NCBI GenBank assembly: GCA_030265395.1
Contig: JARFYF010000057.1
Location: 15,590,099 to 15,654,098, forward strand
Direction of reading: 5' to 3'
Origin: Rhina ancylostomus
Taxonomy: Eukaryota
Length of the DNA: 64,000 nucleotides
A program made the position numbers and the translations under genes. Shown piece by piece: positions 1 through 12,467 of the stretch; position 1 is the stretch's first letter, and the number at the start of each line of letters is the position of its first letter. The notes under the pieces are model-generated. The model was not told the DNA's origin. It searched no databases and worked only from the letters and a program-made list of their open reading frames with translations.

Positions 1-239
1 CTCCCCTCCTCACGTCTCCCACCCATTTTCCTCTGTCCCTATGCACTCCAAATGAAACAGGAGAGGAGAGTCCCTCTGTTTCTCCCTCGGGACATTTCCA
101 TCAATCTCTCCCGTTACGCTTTCGCTCACTCTTCTGAACCTCCCCCCGACATTCTCCTCTCTTTTCTCTCTTTCCCTCACTTATTCCTCTGCACACATCT
201 TGCAGTCCCGTCCTCCCCCGGCCGCCGACTCTCTCCGTC

Positions 240-800
240 AGCCTGCCTCCCAGTTGATGCCAATTCCCCGAGTGACATCAGCGGCAGTGGGAGCGCGGAG
301 CCGCGGCGGGTCAGCGGGAGCTCTCGGACCCTAGGGCGGGTCAGCGGGAGCTCTCCGGCCGGGGGCAGTGCTGATGAAGCCTCGGTATGACCGCTTCGGG
401 TGCGGTTCGCTGACCATGAGTGGCGGTGCGGCTCCCGTGGCCGAAGAGCCAGACGATGCCACCACCTTTTGCGCGCTGTTGCCCAAGCTGCCGCCCTGGA
501 AATTCTCGGCGTCTTCCCCGGGCTTCTTGGGCGGTCGGAGTCCGGCTCCGAGCGCTGTGCAGCCGCCGCCCGGGCTGGCCACTGCCCTGGGATCTTGCGA
601 GTCGCTGTGCCCCGCTCCGTGTTCTCTACAGCCGACAAGGGGACGCCGAGCCGGCGACAGCAGCGTCCGGCTGCAAGGGGTCAGCCTGGCCGGAGAGCAG
701 AGCAACCGCAGGGGAAGTTNNNNNNNNNNNNNNNNNGGGCTGGCTGCACCCGGAGACCAAAATCCTGCAGTCCGGAGTCTTCTACCTGGTCCGGGTGAGT
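240..800 (+). promoter_or_regulatory. SHC2: CpG island / promoter and first exon of SHC2
   Basis: GC- and CpG-rich stretch; CRE-like TGACATCA at 273-280; 21-bp direct repeat GGCGGGTCAGCGGGAGCTCTC at 305-325 and 335-355. Confidence 0.7.
374..794 (+). CDS. SHC2: SHC-transforming protein 2 (ShcB/Sck), coding exon 1 (N-terminal region and start of PTB)
   Basis: MKPRYDRF...TTFCALLPKLPPWKF...LGSCESLCPAPCSL...RRGS[gap]GWLHPETKILQSGVFYLVR, matching the recalled SHC2 N-terminus; donor GTGAGT at 795; frame shifts by 1 across the 17-N gap 720-736 (gap size likely inexact). Confidence 0.9.
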
Positions 801-829
801 TATCTGTCAGCACCAGCCAGTGACCCAAA

Positions 830-2250
830 GTGTGAGGCCAGGGAGTGGCAGCCAGTGTAACCATCAACGTAAGAGTAGGCAGCAAGAAGGAGCAGTTATT
901 GCCAGCATCAGGGAGTAACAGAGGGTGGGGAACCCCAGAGTGACAGTATATATGAAACTACCAAACCGAGGGAGAGTGGCAGGCACCAGGAATGCCAGAG
1001 TGGATGTGAGCAGCCCGGAGTGACAGTCCAAGAGTGACAGTGCCAGTGGTACTCGGGAGTGGTAGTGGGTGTGAGCAGGGGGGGGGGGCAGCAGCAGGTG
1101 TGAGCTCCAGAAAGGAGGAGGCAGTGTGAGTTCCACAGAGTAACAGTAAGCATGAGCTCCACAGTCAGAGTGAAAACTGTGGAGCAGCTGCTTTGGTCAG
1201 TGCTGGGCTTGCAGTATGTCCCCAAACGAGTGTGAGCACTGGCCAGCATGACGGCCAAAGTAAGAGTGAGCGCCCAAGATTGGCAGCAGGCATGAGCAGA
1301 GTTGCCGTGAGTGACGGTGGGTGTGAGTTGTGGGGAGTGGCAGTGGACAGAGTGATCGGGAGTGAGTGGTGAGGAATGGAGGCAGGTGTGAGTGGTGGGG
1401 AGTGTCAGCGAGTGTGAGCCCTGAGCCTTGGGAAGCAGCACTGGGAAGTGAGAGTGAAAGTATGAGTACTGGGGGAGCAGCAACAGGTGTGCANNNNNNN
1501 NNNAGGGACAGGTCAGTGTAATGGTGAGTGGTGAGTGTGGGCAATGGTGAGTGTGAGCTCGAGAGTACCAGGGAGTAGCAGCACATTTAATTGTCAGGGC
1601 ATTGGCAGTGAGCTTTGGAGAGCAGAAGGGTGTATGATGGACAGAGTCTGCCACTGTCAGGCAGCGCCAGGGTGTGTCAGCTCCAAAGAGTGAGCACTGA
1701 ATGTGGCAGTGTGTGAGTGCAAGCCCAGGGTAGTGACAGAGAGAGGAGCACCAGAGAGTGTGGTTTCAACGTAAGAACACGTGTTGATGATTGGCAGCGA
1801 GTATTGGTACTAGGGATGGATTAACAGTGTGAATAGTGAGTGAAAGCGATTGGTTGTGCGGGGAGTGGCTGTAAGTGTGAGCACCAGTGAGTGGCACTGG
1901 GGAGTGAGAGTGAAACTGAGTGTAAGCAATGGAGAGCAGCAGCAGGTGTGAGCACCAGGATGCAAGAGTCCGAGTGGGATCCAGGGAACAACAAATGAAC
2001 ACCAGGGAGCATCAGTGAGAGTGAGCACCAAAGTAAATACAAGTGGGGGAGCATCAGATGATAAAAGTGAGTGTGAGCCTGCAGGAGTGACAGAGGGTTT
2101 CTTCAGGACACTGGCAGTGTAAGTACAAGGGGAGTGCTACTGAAGCACTCAATTAAATGTGAGTATCAGATAGTGAGAGTCTGTGTGAGCACTGGCAATT
2201 GTGAGGAGTGTGGGTACTGAGGAGTGTCTGTGAATACCAGGCAGTGGGCT
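830..2250. repeat. Degenerate purine-rich low-complexity array (GTGAG/GAGTG/GAGCA motifs) at the start of SHC2 intron 1
   Basis: Recurrent GTGTGAGC, GAGTGACAG and GCAGCAGCAGGTGTGAGC motifs with strong strand asymmetry; generates spurious His/Thr/Leu-rich - strand ORFs. Confidence 0.75.
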
Positions 2251-4329
2251 AGTTAACATCTGGATGCAACAATCTAATCCTGCTCTGAATCTGCTGAATG
2301 ATTTTCTGACTTTTGGCAATGGTTTGGGGACTCTTGCATTGCCTCATGAATGGGAATGGGCAGAGCAATTGTCCACAATGAAATAACTGTCTAAATTTCT
2401 ACCTTGCATTTGCATTTTGGGCTGTTTACTTTTGCGGTATTAGATAGATTAAATAAACTGTTTTTGTATTGTCTGTTCAAGGTCAAGGATGATGTAATTG
2501 AAGTGCTTGGGACTTTGAAAGTTTATGGAGTTGATGAGTTTAGAACAGGGGTAGGATTTTAACATCAGTGCCAGGCCATTCACAGTAGTAGGAAACACTT
2601 CATGCAGACAGCAGGAGAAGTGTAGAACCCTCACACAGTAAACAGTGACTGTTATCTCAGTTCATCATTGTAAATAATTATTGCTAGACAAAGCTGGACC
2701 CAGGGTGATTGGATAGAATGAGAATACAGATCAGCCATGGATGGCAGAGTGGGTTCAAGGGAATTGTAGCCTCCTGTGCCTATTTTTCTAGTCAGATAGT
2801 TTTGCAGTGGGGATTGGAGTGTGGGGTTGGTAAGGGGTGGTGGTGTTGGGGAGTATGGAAAGAAAAAGGAATCAATCCTTTCAGTACTTGCAGATGAGGC
2901 TGCTCAAATCGCAAAGGTTTTTGATGTTCATTTTCATTACAATATACTCATCTCCCTAAAGGTTGTCTCCTGATGGGACTTGGTCCCAAGCTATATTTCT
3001 TTGTTTGTGAGCTGAGCTGATAATCATCTGGAGCCACTTAGCCAGGGAGGACATCACATTTGAGTCTGACACAGTCTTTATCTAATGCGCCATTCTCAGC
3101 TCAGACTGTCCTCTCAGAGTTTATGTTGCAGTAGATGACAGAGTGTGTCCCTCTGAAAAACATGCCATGAGATTCAAATTAATTTCTGATTGAGTTGCTG
3201 CCCACTGTGCACAGTGCTGTCTTGTTTACAAAGTGAAGCAGCTTCATGCTTTCATCCTGAGTGCTGCAGCCACAGAGAAGCAGTAGGCACAGTTCAAAAC
3301 GAGTCAGCACTCTACCCCATTTCCTCCTGAGCATTACTTGTGTCCTGCTTGGCCTAGCCTCCTTGAGTGGTGCAGAGGGAGCTGTGATGAAATACATTAT
3401 AGACCAAACTGTAATTTAAGCTGCAGCAAAACTCTGTTTCCAACCATCCCCCAGCCAGCACCATCTCTCCAGCCTTCCAGTCTGTGACAACAGGAGTTCA
3501 CATTATTAACGCTGGAACACAAGCTTCAAACACAATACGTGGTCCTTGTGTGGAATAGATCAACTGTCCTCCTAGGTTTGTCGTGTGTGTGTGTGTTTGT
3601 GTTTGTGTGTGTATGTTTGCATGTGTCTGATGGGTGTAGAGGGTGTCAGAGAGTGGGAGAGCCAAGGGATCTGTATTGCTTATTGACAGATGGCATGGTA
3701 ATTGAAAAAGATCAATCACTTCCAGTCTGAAGAAAAAATATTTCCTTTGTTTGGTGGTTAATTTTTTCAAACATTTTTCTGTGTTCTAAACCTGCCAACC
3801 TCAATTGGTAGCCTCACAGTCTCTTCATTTGAGGTATAAGGACAGTAAAGAGCAGTTGAAACCCTCACTCCCAGCCCCTGACCCATCTTTCCTGGTCCAC
3901 CTGTAAACAATGCAAAGTTGGGCTGTAAAAATTAGTTCGTCTTTGGTGATTTGTCATGTGTGAATGGAGTTATAAGTGACAGGATGAGGTGAGAAATCTG
4001 CTTTAAAAAAACAAAGTGGCATCTTTGGTTTTATTATTTGGGATACAACTCAGCGAGGAAGTTATAACACACACTTAAATTCCTGGTTTTCCTCACTAGG
4101 ACTGGTTTGGCTAATTCTAGGGTGTCTCACACTATCAAGGCCTCGAAGAGGGTGCAGTGGAGATTTATCAGGGATATACGGAGAACACCAAAGCTGGGGC
4201 TTTTCTTCTTGGAGCAGAGGTTAAGATAAGAATTGATAGATTTTAAAATGGTGAATTATTTTAAGAAATAAGGAGCCTTTTCATTTAACCAATACCAGCA
4301 AAGTCGGTAACCAGATTAATGGGTCCTCT

Positions 4330-5280
4330 TCAGCAGTCTTCTCACAGTGGTTGAACAGCTGTTCATTCCATCCACTCAGAGCTTCAGACACAATTTTCAA
4401 TGTGTATCAACTCCAAGAGCACAGTACCTATTATACATTGCTCATTTGGCCTCACAAAAATCTAACTATATCAATTGAGAGAGACTGTGGAATATCCTTT
4501 GCAAATTTGGCTACCTATAGAAATTTGTCTCCATTTTAAATCTGCTATGTGATGATGTGCAAGACATGACCTTAATGGGTGAGTGCAGTGCAGACTGACA
4601 TCAAGCAAGGCTGCACCATTGCCCTAATATTTTTCTCAATCTCAAAGCTCGTGTTCTATTAGGCAACAACGAGTCCCACCCTCCTGTATGCTTCTGAGGC
4701 ATGGAAAATCTATAGCACGCATCTCAAGGTACTGGAGAGGTACCACCAATGCTCTCTCTGTAGAATCCTCCTAATCCACTGGCAGGATAAACAAACCAAC
4801 AGCAGCATCCTCTCCTAGGTCAACATCTCAAACTTTAAGGCCCCAAGGATGCTTTGTTGATCTTGATCAGCAGGTTGTTTTGTTGCATGCCTGATACAAA
4901 ACTCCTGAGACTAATGTTCTCAGCTCTATCAGTGCATGAGCTTACCAGAGGATCAATTTAAGGATGTTCTCAAAGTCTCCTTGTAAAAGTGCAATGTGCC
5001 ACAACTTACAGGAATCCCTAACTCATATCTGCTTAAAATGGAGAAGGATCATTCAGGGTAGCATTGAGAACCTCGTCCATTTGTCAGGAGCACCAGAAGC
5101 CCAGTGTAAATGGCAAACAGAGCACACTACCTGCCAAATTACTTACACGTCCATACCATCAAGCACCTTAGCCTCCACGTGTGGCTGAGTTCAATGAGTA
5201 CTGCATCAGTCTCATCATCCACTTCAAAACCCACAGAAATGGAGGGGATGCAATCATCCTCAACGCTGAGAGACTGCCAA
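4330..5280 (+). mobile_element. Degraded RTE/BovB-like LINE fragment
   Basis: Relic of RT motif (..IKQGCTIA.. from ATCAAGCAAGGCTGCACCATTGCC) and PTLLYASEAW-like segment, with stops and frameshifts; boundaries approximate. Confidence 0.6.
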
Positions 5281-5539
5281 AATGGCAAAAAAGCTAGAGC
5301 AGAGATGCAAAGAAATTTTTATTTATGCAGCAAGTTGTTGTGATCTACCTGAAAGGATGGAGGAAATGGGTTCAATGAGAAATTTCAGAAGGAAATTGGA
5401 TAAATCCTGAATACAGGGAAAAAAAAAGTATGATTGCGGGGGAAAGATGGTTCTATCAAGCAGATGGGCTGAATGGCCCTCTGTCTTATATCACTTTAAT
5501 TCTATATTTAACAGTGTTTATGCTTTTGTCTTGTTGCAG

Positions 5540-5610
5540 TATATGGGCTGTATCGAAGTGGTAAAGTCAATGAGATCTCTTGACTTCAGCACCAGAACAC
5601 AGGTGACAAG
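5540..5610 (+). CDS. SHC2: SHC2 exon 2 (PTB domain)
   Basis: ttgttgcag|[24 protein letters not shown]|gtagg; 71 bp. Confidence 0.95.
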
Positions 5611-8077
5611 GTAGGATTATGTTCTCCTTTATTCAGTACCGCTCCTACAAGCCTTACACAGAAAGAGCAAACATATGCGACTAAACCTCTCGTCGTTATT
5701 GGCTTAGAAACAAAATGATCAAAAAANNNNNNNNNNNNNNNNNNNNNNNNNNNNNNNNNNNNNNNNNNNNNNNNNNNNNNNNNNNNNNNNNNNNNNNNNN
5801 NNNNNNNNNNNNNNNNNNNNNNNNNNNNNNNNNNNNNNNNNNNNNNNNNNNNNNNNNNNNNNNNNNNNNNNNNNNNNNNNNNNNNNNNNNNNNNNNNNNN
5901 NNNNNNNNNNNNNNNNNNNNNNNNNNNNNNNNNNNNNNNNNNNNNNNNNNNNNNNNNNNNNNNNNNNNNNNNNNNNNNNNNNNNNNNNNNNNNNNNNNNN
6001 NNNNNNNNNNNNNNNNNNNNNNNNNNNNNNNNNNNNNNNNNNNNNNNNNNNNNNNNNNNNNNNNNNNNNNNNNNNNNNNNNNNNNNNNNNNNNNNNNNNN
6101 NNNNNNNNNNNNNNNNNNNNNNNNNNNNNNNNNNNNNNNNNNNNNNNNNNNNNNNNNNNNNNNNNNNNNNNNNNNNNNNNNNNNNNNNNNNNNNNNNNNN
6201 NNNNNNNNNNNNNNNNNNNNNNNNNNNNNNNNNNNNNNNNNNNNNNNNNNNNNNNNNNNNNNNNNNNNNNNNNNNNNNNNNNNNNNNNNNNNNNNNNNNN
6301 NNNNNNNNNNNNNNNNNNNNNNNNNNNNNNNNNNNNNNNNNNNNNNNNNNNNNNNNNNNNNNNNNNNNNNNNNNNNNNNNNNNNNNNNNNNNNNNNNNNN
6401 NNNNNNNNNNNNNNNNNNNNNNNNNNNNNNNNNNNNNNNNCTCTCTCCCTTCTTTGTCAACCATAAATAGTTGATGTAAAGTGGCTGACAGTTGTGTCTT
6501 TACAGATTGATCAGCTCCGTGTGCACAGTAATGAGAGTGTGGTTAGAAATAGCAGCGCCGATCAATAGAGACAATTGAAAGCTGAGTGCAGTTCTAATCT
6601 ATTATTGATGATTCTCCATAACGAGTCAGTCACGTTCTTATATAACTGAGAATATCCCAAACTGTAAAAAAAAAACAGACAAACTCACAAAGGAGAAATA
6701 AAAATTGCTGTGGTTGTTGTCATCAGAATCCTGAGCAAAACACTTTATCAGGAAGAGAGTATTGAAGGAGTTGTATGAAATTTTTGAAGTGTGTGCAGTC
6801 AAATAGCCACTATTCTCACTGACAGATGGGAGTGTAAATTCATTCTTGCTCTTTCCCTCTTCCAGCATGCTGACTTCCCCTTGGGTACATATCCTCTGTT
6901 CTCCTGATTGTGAGGTTTTGATAATTCATTATTGCCAAATAACTCATTCTTCACCTGTCTGGTTGGACAGCTTCCATCCTGGGGTATATCACAGCCCTGT
7001 CCTAACCTCACCAACACATGTACAAATGTGCTTCCAGAGTTGCTCCAGGGAAGCATTGATCCAACTGACGTTTCTACTCTGAAGAACAGGGCACTGAGGC
7101 TTTGCATTTAAATTTTTTTTCAGCATGTGTGCTGCACTGGTACACATTTATTGCCCAACCCTAGTTGGTATTTAATAGAGTGACTTGCTGGGCCATTTAA
7201 GAATCAACGACATTGCTATGGGTCTAGAATTATGTATAAGCAAGTTTGGGTAAATTTTTCTGAAGGGCATTAGTGAACCCAATAACTATCTGATTCTTTT
7301 CTGATCATTAATTTTAAACAGCAGATCGATCTGAATTTAAATTCCACAGCCATGGGTCTCCAGTTAGTCCAAGTCTCTGGATTACGAGTTCAGTAATTTA
7401 GCATTGTGACACTACCTCACTGATAGACAATGCTGTAAATTCACTTTCCCTTCCTTCATTCCCCAGTGTGTGGACTTTCTCTGACGTACCAGTGCTCTCC
7501 TTTGTTGATGGTGTCCGAGTGCTAATGTACTTATTGCTGGTCTGAATGAGATGGGTTAGTTTTGCACACTGCAGACATGTAATTTGCCCCCTTCTGTCCT
7601 CTGTGGCCCTGCTACTCACTGGGTGAAGAGTTTGGTTTGCAGTGATGTCATGAGAACAGTACACAAAGAATGACTTTGAATCCAACAAGGGCAGTTGAGG
7701 AAATTAATTTCAGTTTTATTAAAAATCTGGGAACAATGAACTATCAAAAAAAAGGGAAATAAATTATAAACAAGTTCCTTCCAGGAATGGAAATGTTCTC
7801 ATTACTCTGCCACCATTCTGATGGTGTGAGTTATCAAGTTCTGTTTTACTGGTCTGGGAGAATGTACAATGGATTTTTAAATCATTCAAGGTTACTGTGA
7901 CATGGATTGAGACCATGATTGTTTGCTACAAGATAATACTTCTGTGTTACATTCCTTGAGATTTTGAAAGTTGTAGGAAACATTTAGAATTAGTGTTCCA
8001 GGATTACAAAGAGGAATGGGCTGGGAAGCTTCTGATGTTCTGATTCAATTCTCTAACCCAATACACTTCCTTTTTAG

Positions 8078-8138
8078 GGAAGCCATTAATCGGCTGCATG
8101 AAGCAGTGCCAGGCATGAAGGGGGTTTGGAAAAAGAAG
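8078..8138 (+). CDS. SHC2: SHC2 exon 3
   Basis: tttttag|(R)EAINRLHEAVPGMKGVWKKK|gtacaa; 61 bp, phase compatible. Confidence 0.95.
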
Positions 8139-8995
8139 GTACAAAATCACTTTCAATGACCTGCGAGACTGTTTCACAGACCTTATTTTCAGTAGGTTGC
8201 CTGACCTAGCTATGTTGGTGGGGTGAAGAGGGGATCAGAATCTTGTAGGGTGGGGGAGGCAGGGTGTCCTCACTCGCATGATCTCCTTCCATTTATATCA
8301 TCCAGTGACTTGCAATCCTGTTGGAGCTGGAGATCCATGATTCCTGGTGTTACCGGTGAAGATGTCTGGCTCCAAAACCCCAGAACATCTTGCTGAACGC
8401 AGTGAGATGAGAAAGGAGAATGTTGAAAACACCCAGCAGTCCAGGCAACATTTGTGAAGAGATAAACAGAGTTAACAATCCAAGTTGATGCCCTTTCATC
8501 CCCGTCAGTGAGGNNNNNNNNNNNNNNNNNNNNNNNNNNNNNNNNNNNNNNNNNNNNNNNNNNNNNNNNNNNNNNNNNNNNNNAGAATTGTTCCACACTC
8601 TCACTGGATTATGGGTCCCATAGACATTGTGCCTCACTGGGGAATAAATCTGACAGGTACAGGATCTACTAAAGGGTATGACACTGATTTGCACCTGGGT
8701 ATAGTCCCACCAACACTGGCTGTCTCTAGGGTACAGGGTCCTGTAGACACTGTGCCTCACTGGGCTATGAGTCCCACAGACACTAGTAATTCTTATTGCT
8801 AACCGGGGACAGGCTGTGAGAGGCTAGGGTAAGTGGTGGGGGGGGGGTGGTGTGGTGGAGGTATTGGGTAATGAATTACCTTAAAATGGTGAAGTAAGAT
8901 TGGGCTACTGGTTGCATGTTGACTGATGACAGTTCATGCTGCTAATTAGTTCCTGATGGCTGGGAGCTGTGTGATTTATTTTTGTGTCCTTTTAG

Positions 8996-9115
8996 CCTCC
9001 GAATCAGTCCCTCCATTCAATTCTCGGGAGGAGCAACCTGAGGTTTGCTGGGATGAGCGTTACTCTCAACATCTCCATCGAAGGGTTAAACCTGGCACTG
9101 CCCACCACGAGGCAG
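8996..9115 (+). CDS. SHC2: SHC2 exon 4
   Basis: ccttttag|PPNQSLHSILGRSNLRFAGMSVTLNISIEGLNLALPTTRQ|gtatgg; 120 bp. Confidence 0.95.
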
Positions 9116-9369
9116 GTATGGAGAGGCTGGGGAGAGAGCAGGTGGTGGGAGCAGGGGAAGGTAATCCCCATTAGGTGAGTGGAGATGGAGACTAAGGAGA
9201 GGGTTGGGGTGGGTGCAGAGTGATAGATGCTCGAGCAGCTTTCCATTGGAGCATCCCACAAATGCCGATTCTTAGTGGCTGCAGGTTCCACAGACATTGA
9301 TTCCTATTGTGTATGGATTCCACTGTCTTTTGATATGTCATTGATCCAAGTAGTGATCAGACTGTCTCT

Positions 9370-9715
9370 TAGATAGAGCCATAGCTTCACTTAGCGAGGA
9401 AACAGACCTGGTGGCCAATCATGTCCATGATAAGCATCAAGTACTTGTCTGTAGTAATCCCATTTACCAGCACTTGATCCATAGCCTTCAATGCCTTGAT
9501 GATTTAAGCACATGTAGATACTTCTGAAATGTTGTGAGAGCACCTGCCTCCACCAATCCCTCAGGTAGGGTATTCCAAACTCCAACTACTCTCTGGGTGA
9601 CAAAGTTCATCCTCAGATCCTCTCTAAATCTCTTACCCCTTATCTCTGCTGTGTGGAAAAGTTTCCTGCTATCCACCCTATCTATCAGTGCCTCTCATAA
9701 TTTTGTACACATCTA
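9370..9715 (-). mobile_element. CR1-type LINE 3' fragment
   Basis: - strand FVTQRVVGVWNTLPEGLVEAGALTTFQKYL, the typical CR1 ORF2 C-terminus. Confidence 0.7.
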
Positions 9716-10559
9716 GTGTTATGTAGTGAGACAGGGGTACTTCTTCAGAGTAAGGGATCCTCTAGGGAAATGTGATCACAATATGAGAGAATTTTAGATT
9801 GAGTTCAAAAATGATGCTCTTAAATCAGAATATAAAGCCTTGAACTTAAGTTAAATCAAGTATGGGACACAAGTTGGTTCTGATGAATTCGGAAATTTTA
9901 ATTTAAAATGTTTGCAATAGATAATGACAAACATCAAAATAAATTCTTCATAATTGTCATAGAATCTTCATTCTACTGCAAATTAAAAATTCCAAAGGAA
10001 GAATGCCCCATTCTTGGCTGAAGAGGTTAACAACAGTACCAAATTACAAGAAGAGTCTAAAACTGTAAGTCACAGAATCTTAGATTCATCATGGCATCAA
10101 AGGAAGCCATTGGCTGATTGAGTTTTTGTTGGTTCCCATCAGCCCCATTCCCCAGACTTTTCCTGGAGCCCTGCAAATTATTCTCTCTCAAGCCCATCCA
10201 ATTTATCTCTGAAGCCCTAAATGACCTTTTTTCTACCAGCTTTACCATTAGTAAGTTCTAAACCATACCTATCTTTAGCATAAAATAAAATTTTCCTTGC
10301 ATCCCCCTTGTATCTATTGCTGAAAATTTTACATTTGCACCCCAGTCCTTGAACATTCACTTCTGGGAAAAATTCCTTGCATATCCCCCATATAAACCAG
10401 TTATGATCTTGTTTGCCTCTATCAAATTACTCCTGAGTGTTTCCTCCAAAGAGAACAACCTGTTTCTCCTGTCTAACTTGTAGCTGAAATCTCTCGTCCT
10501 TGGAACCCATCTGTTAATCCTATTCTAAAATCTCTTTAAGCCCTCTCTGAAGATTGGGA

Positions 10560-11910
10560 AAATTTCAGGAAATGGTACTGGAAGATCAAAGAATTGAGGA
10601 GACACAGAGTTAGCAAGCCAGGAATATTAAATATTGTAAGATCTTTAACTGGTGTGTGAAAAGGAAGAGAGTAGAAAAAAATACATTTTGGGTCCCTGAG
10701 AGACAGGAAATGTTACAGAAAACAATAAAGAAAGGCTGAGATGTTCAATAAATATTTTGCATTTGCCTTCCCAGACAAAGATACAAAGAATGTATCTGAA
10801 ATTGCGGAAAAGATCTATCAAGAGTGAGGAATTGAGAGTAATCACTATTGGGTCAGGTGCTTACAAAATATTTTTGCAGTAGGTAGTGACTCACAGGGTT
10901 AGAGGCAATATATTAACAGGGATAGAGAATTGGTTAAAAGACAAAAAACATGGAATAAGCATAAATATTCAGGTTGGTAGACTGCTTTGTTCACAGGGCT
11001 CTGAGCTATTCACAATTTATTGTAATGACTTAGATGGGAAAGCAGAATGTAACTTATCCAGTTTTGCTGCTGACACAAACCTAGATGGGAAAATAAGCTG
11101 TGAGGATGGTCCAAAGAATTTACAATGGGATATGGAAAGATTTAAATGAGTGGGCAAGAAAGTGGCAGATGGAATGCAACATATGAACATATCAGGAAGA
11201 ATGGTGAGAAGGTTCATAAGAAGAATAGCAAAAAAGAATTTCTTACTGGTAGGGAATCAATAAATGTTGGTGTAGAAAAGGACCTGTGTGGGCTAATTCA
11301 TAAAATGCATAAATTAATCTGCAGGTATAACAAACAGAAGAAAAATGATATGTTGCTCTTTATTTCAGAAGAAATGGAGTACAAAAGTAAGGTGGTCTTG
11401 CTGTACAGGTTTTGGTGCACTGTGTGCAGTTGAGGTCTCCATATTTATGGAATGGAAGAATATACTTTCCTTGGAGGTAGTACAGTGTCAATTCACAAGA
11501 TCCATCTCTGGGTCAGGGATTGACCTCTAGGGAAAAACTGAGTTAGAGTGATCCTCGGTCATTGGTGTTTAGAAAAGTGAGAAGTGATCTGATTTAAATA
11601 TATGAGATTCTGCGAGAATTGATAGGTAAAGGCTGAGAGGCTATTTCCTTTGGTTGGAGTGTCTAGAACTAAGGGCCATTGTTTTAGGATATGAATTGTG
11701 CACTTATGACTGAGGAAAGGTTATTTACATTAAGAGTTGTGAATCTTTAGAATTCTCTTCCTAGGAGAGAATGTTTTGGATACTGAGGAATGCAGGGAAA
11801 TGGGGAGCCATCAAAAAGGTTAGCTCGAGGTGTGGGATTGGCCCTGATCTAAATGTATGCTGGAACAGGCCTGAGGAGCTGAATGGCCTTCCCTGCTATT
11901 TGTTATGTAT
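10560..11910 (+). mobile_element. Degraded CR1-type LINE (RT to 3' end)
   Basis: LFTIYCNDLDGKAECNLSSFAADTNL (decayed FADDTKL motif) and downstream CR1-like segments. Confidence 0.7.
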
Positions 11911-12413
11911 TTTTTTCTGACAGTGCCCACACATAAAAGGAGAAGATGCCGGACACACTGAGTGAGTCTGACAGTTCCCAAGAAAGGTTCCTTTCTAGCA
12001 GCAGAAATAAGTTTCAAATGAACTTTGCTAAAAACAGAATAAAACAAAGAGGAGGGGGAGAGAAATGTACAGATACAGGGGAAAGGCACATATTAGCATG
12101 GGCACATCACACATAGGCAAGTGAGTAGACGTGGAGGTTCGTACAGAGAGAGAGAGGAATAACAGTCTCCATTCTGGTTGAAATCAAATTCCTTATTCAT
12201 AAATAGAACTTAAGACACTTAAGATTCTCACATGTAATGAAGGAACCTTGCCTTTTGCTAGGTGGATATGGATGAGAGGGTCCAGGGAAGCAGGTAGCCA
12301 TGTATTGCTGGCATGCTTTTTCTTCCCTGGGGCAGTGGTGGGGGTAGGGTGGGTTCACAGTGAGAGCTTAAAGTTGTCTGCCATGAAAACATCATGTGCA
12401 TTTCATTTTACAG

Positions 12414-12467
12414 ATCATCGCAAACCATAACATGCAGTCCATCTCCTTTGCTTCAGGTGGAGATACG
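12414..12467 (+). CDS. SHC2: SHC2 exon 5
   Basis: ttttacag|IIANHNMQSISFASGGDT|gtaagg; 54 bp. Confidence 0.95.

Noticed and set aside
52-390. 112-aa ORF overlapping the SHC2 start as a possible uORF
   Set aside because: The ATG lies in a pyrimidine-rich tract probably upstream of the TSS; the product is low-complexity and has no support.
720-736. Apparent frameshift in SHC2 exon 1 (pseudogene?)
   Set aside because: The shift falls inside a 17-N gap where about 19 nt (F-I-H-K-P-x-x) are expected; all other exons are open with intact splice sites.
864-2054. Several His/Thr/Leu-rich - strand ORFs
   Set aside because: By-products of the low-complexity GTGAG array.
5586-6470. Long ORFs spanning N runs (also 17288-18113, 47402-48106, 59539-60258)
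   Set aside because: Artefacts of translating assembly gaps.
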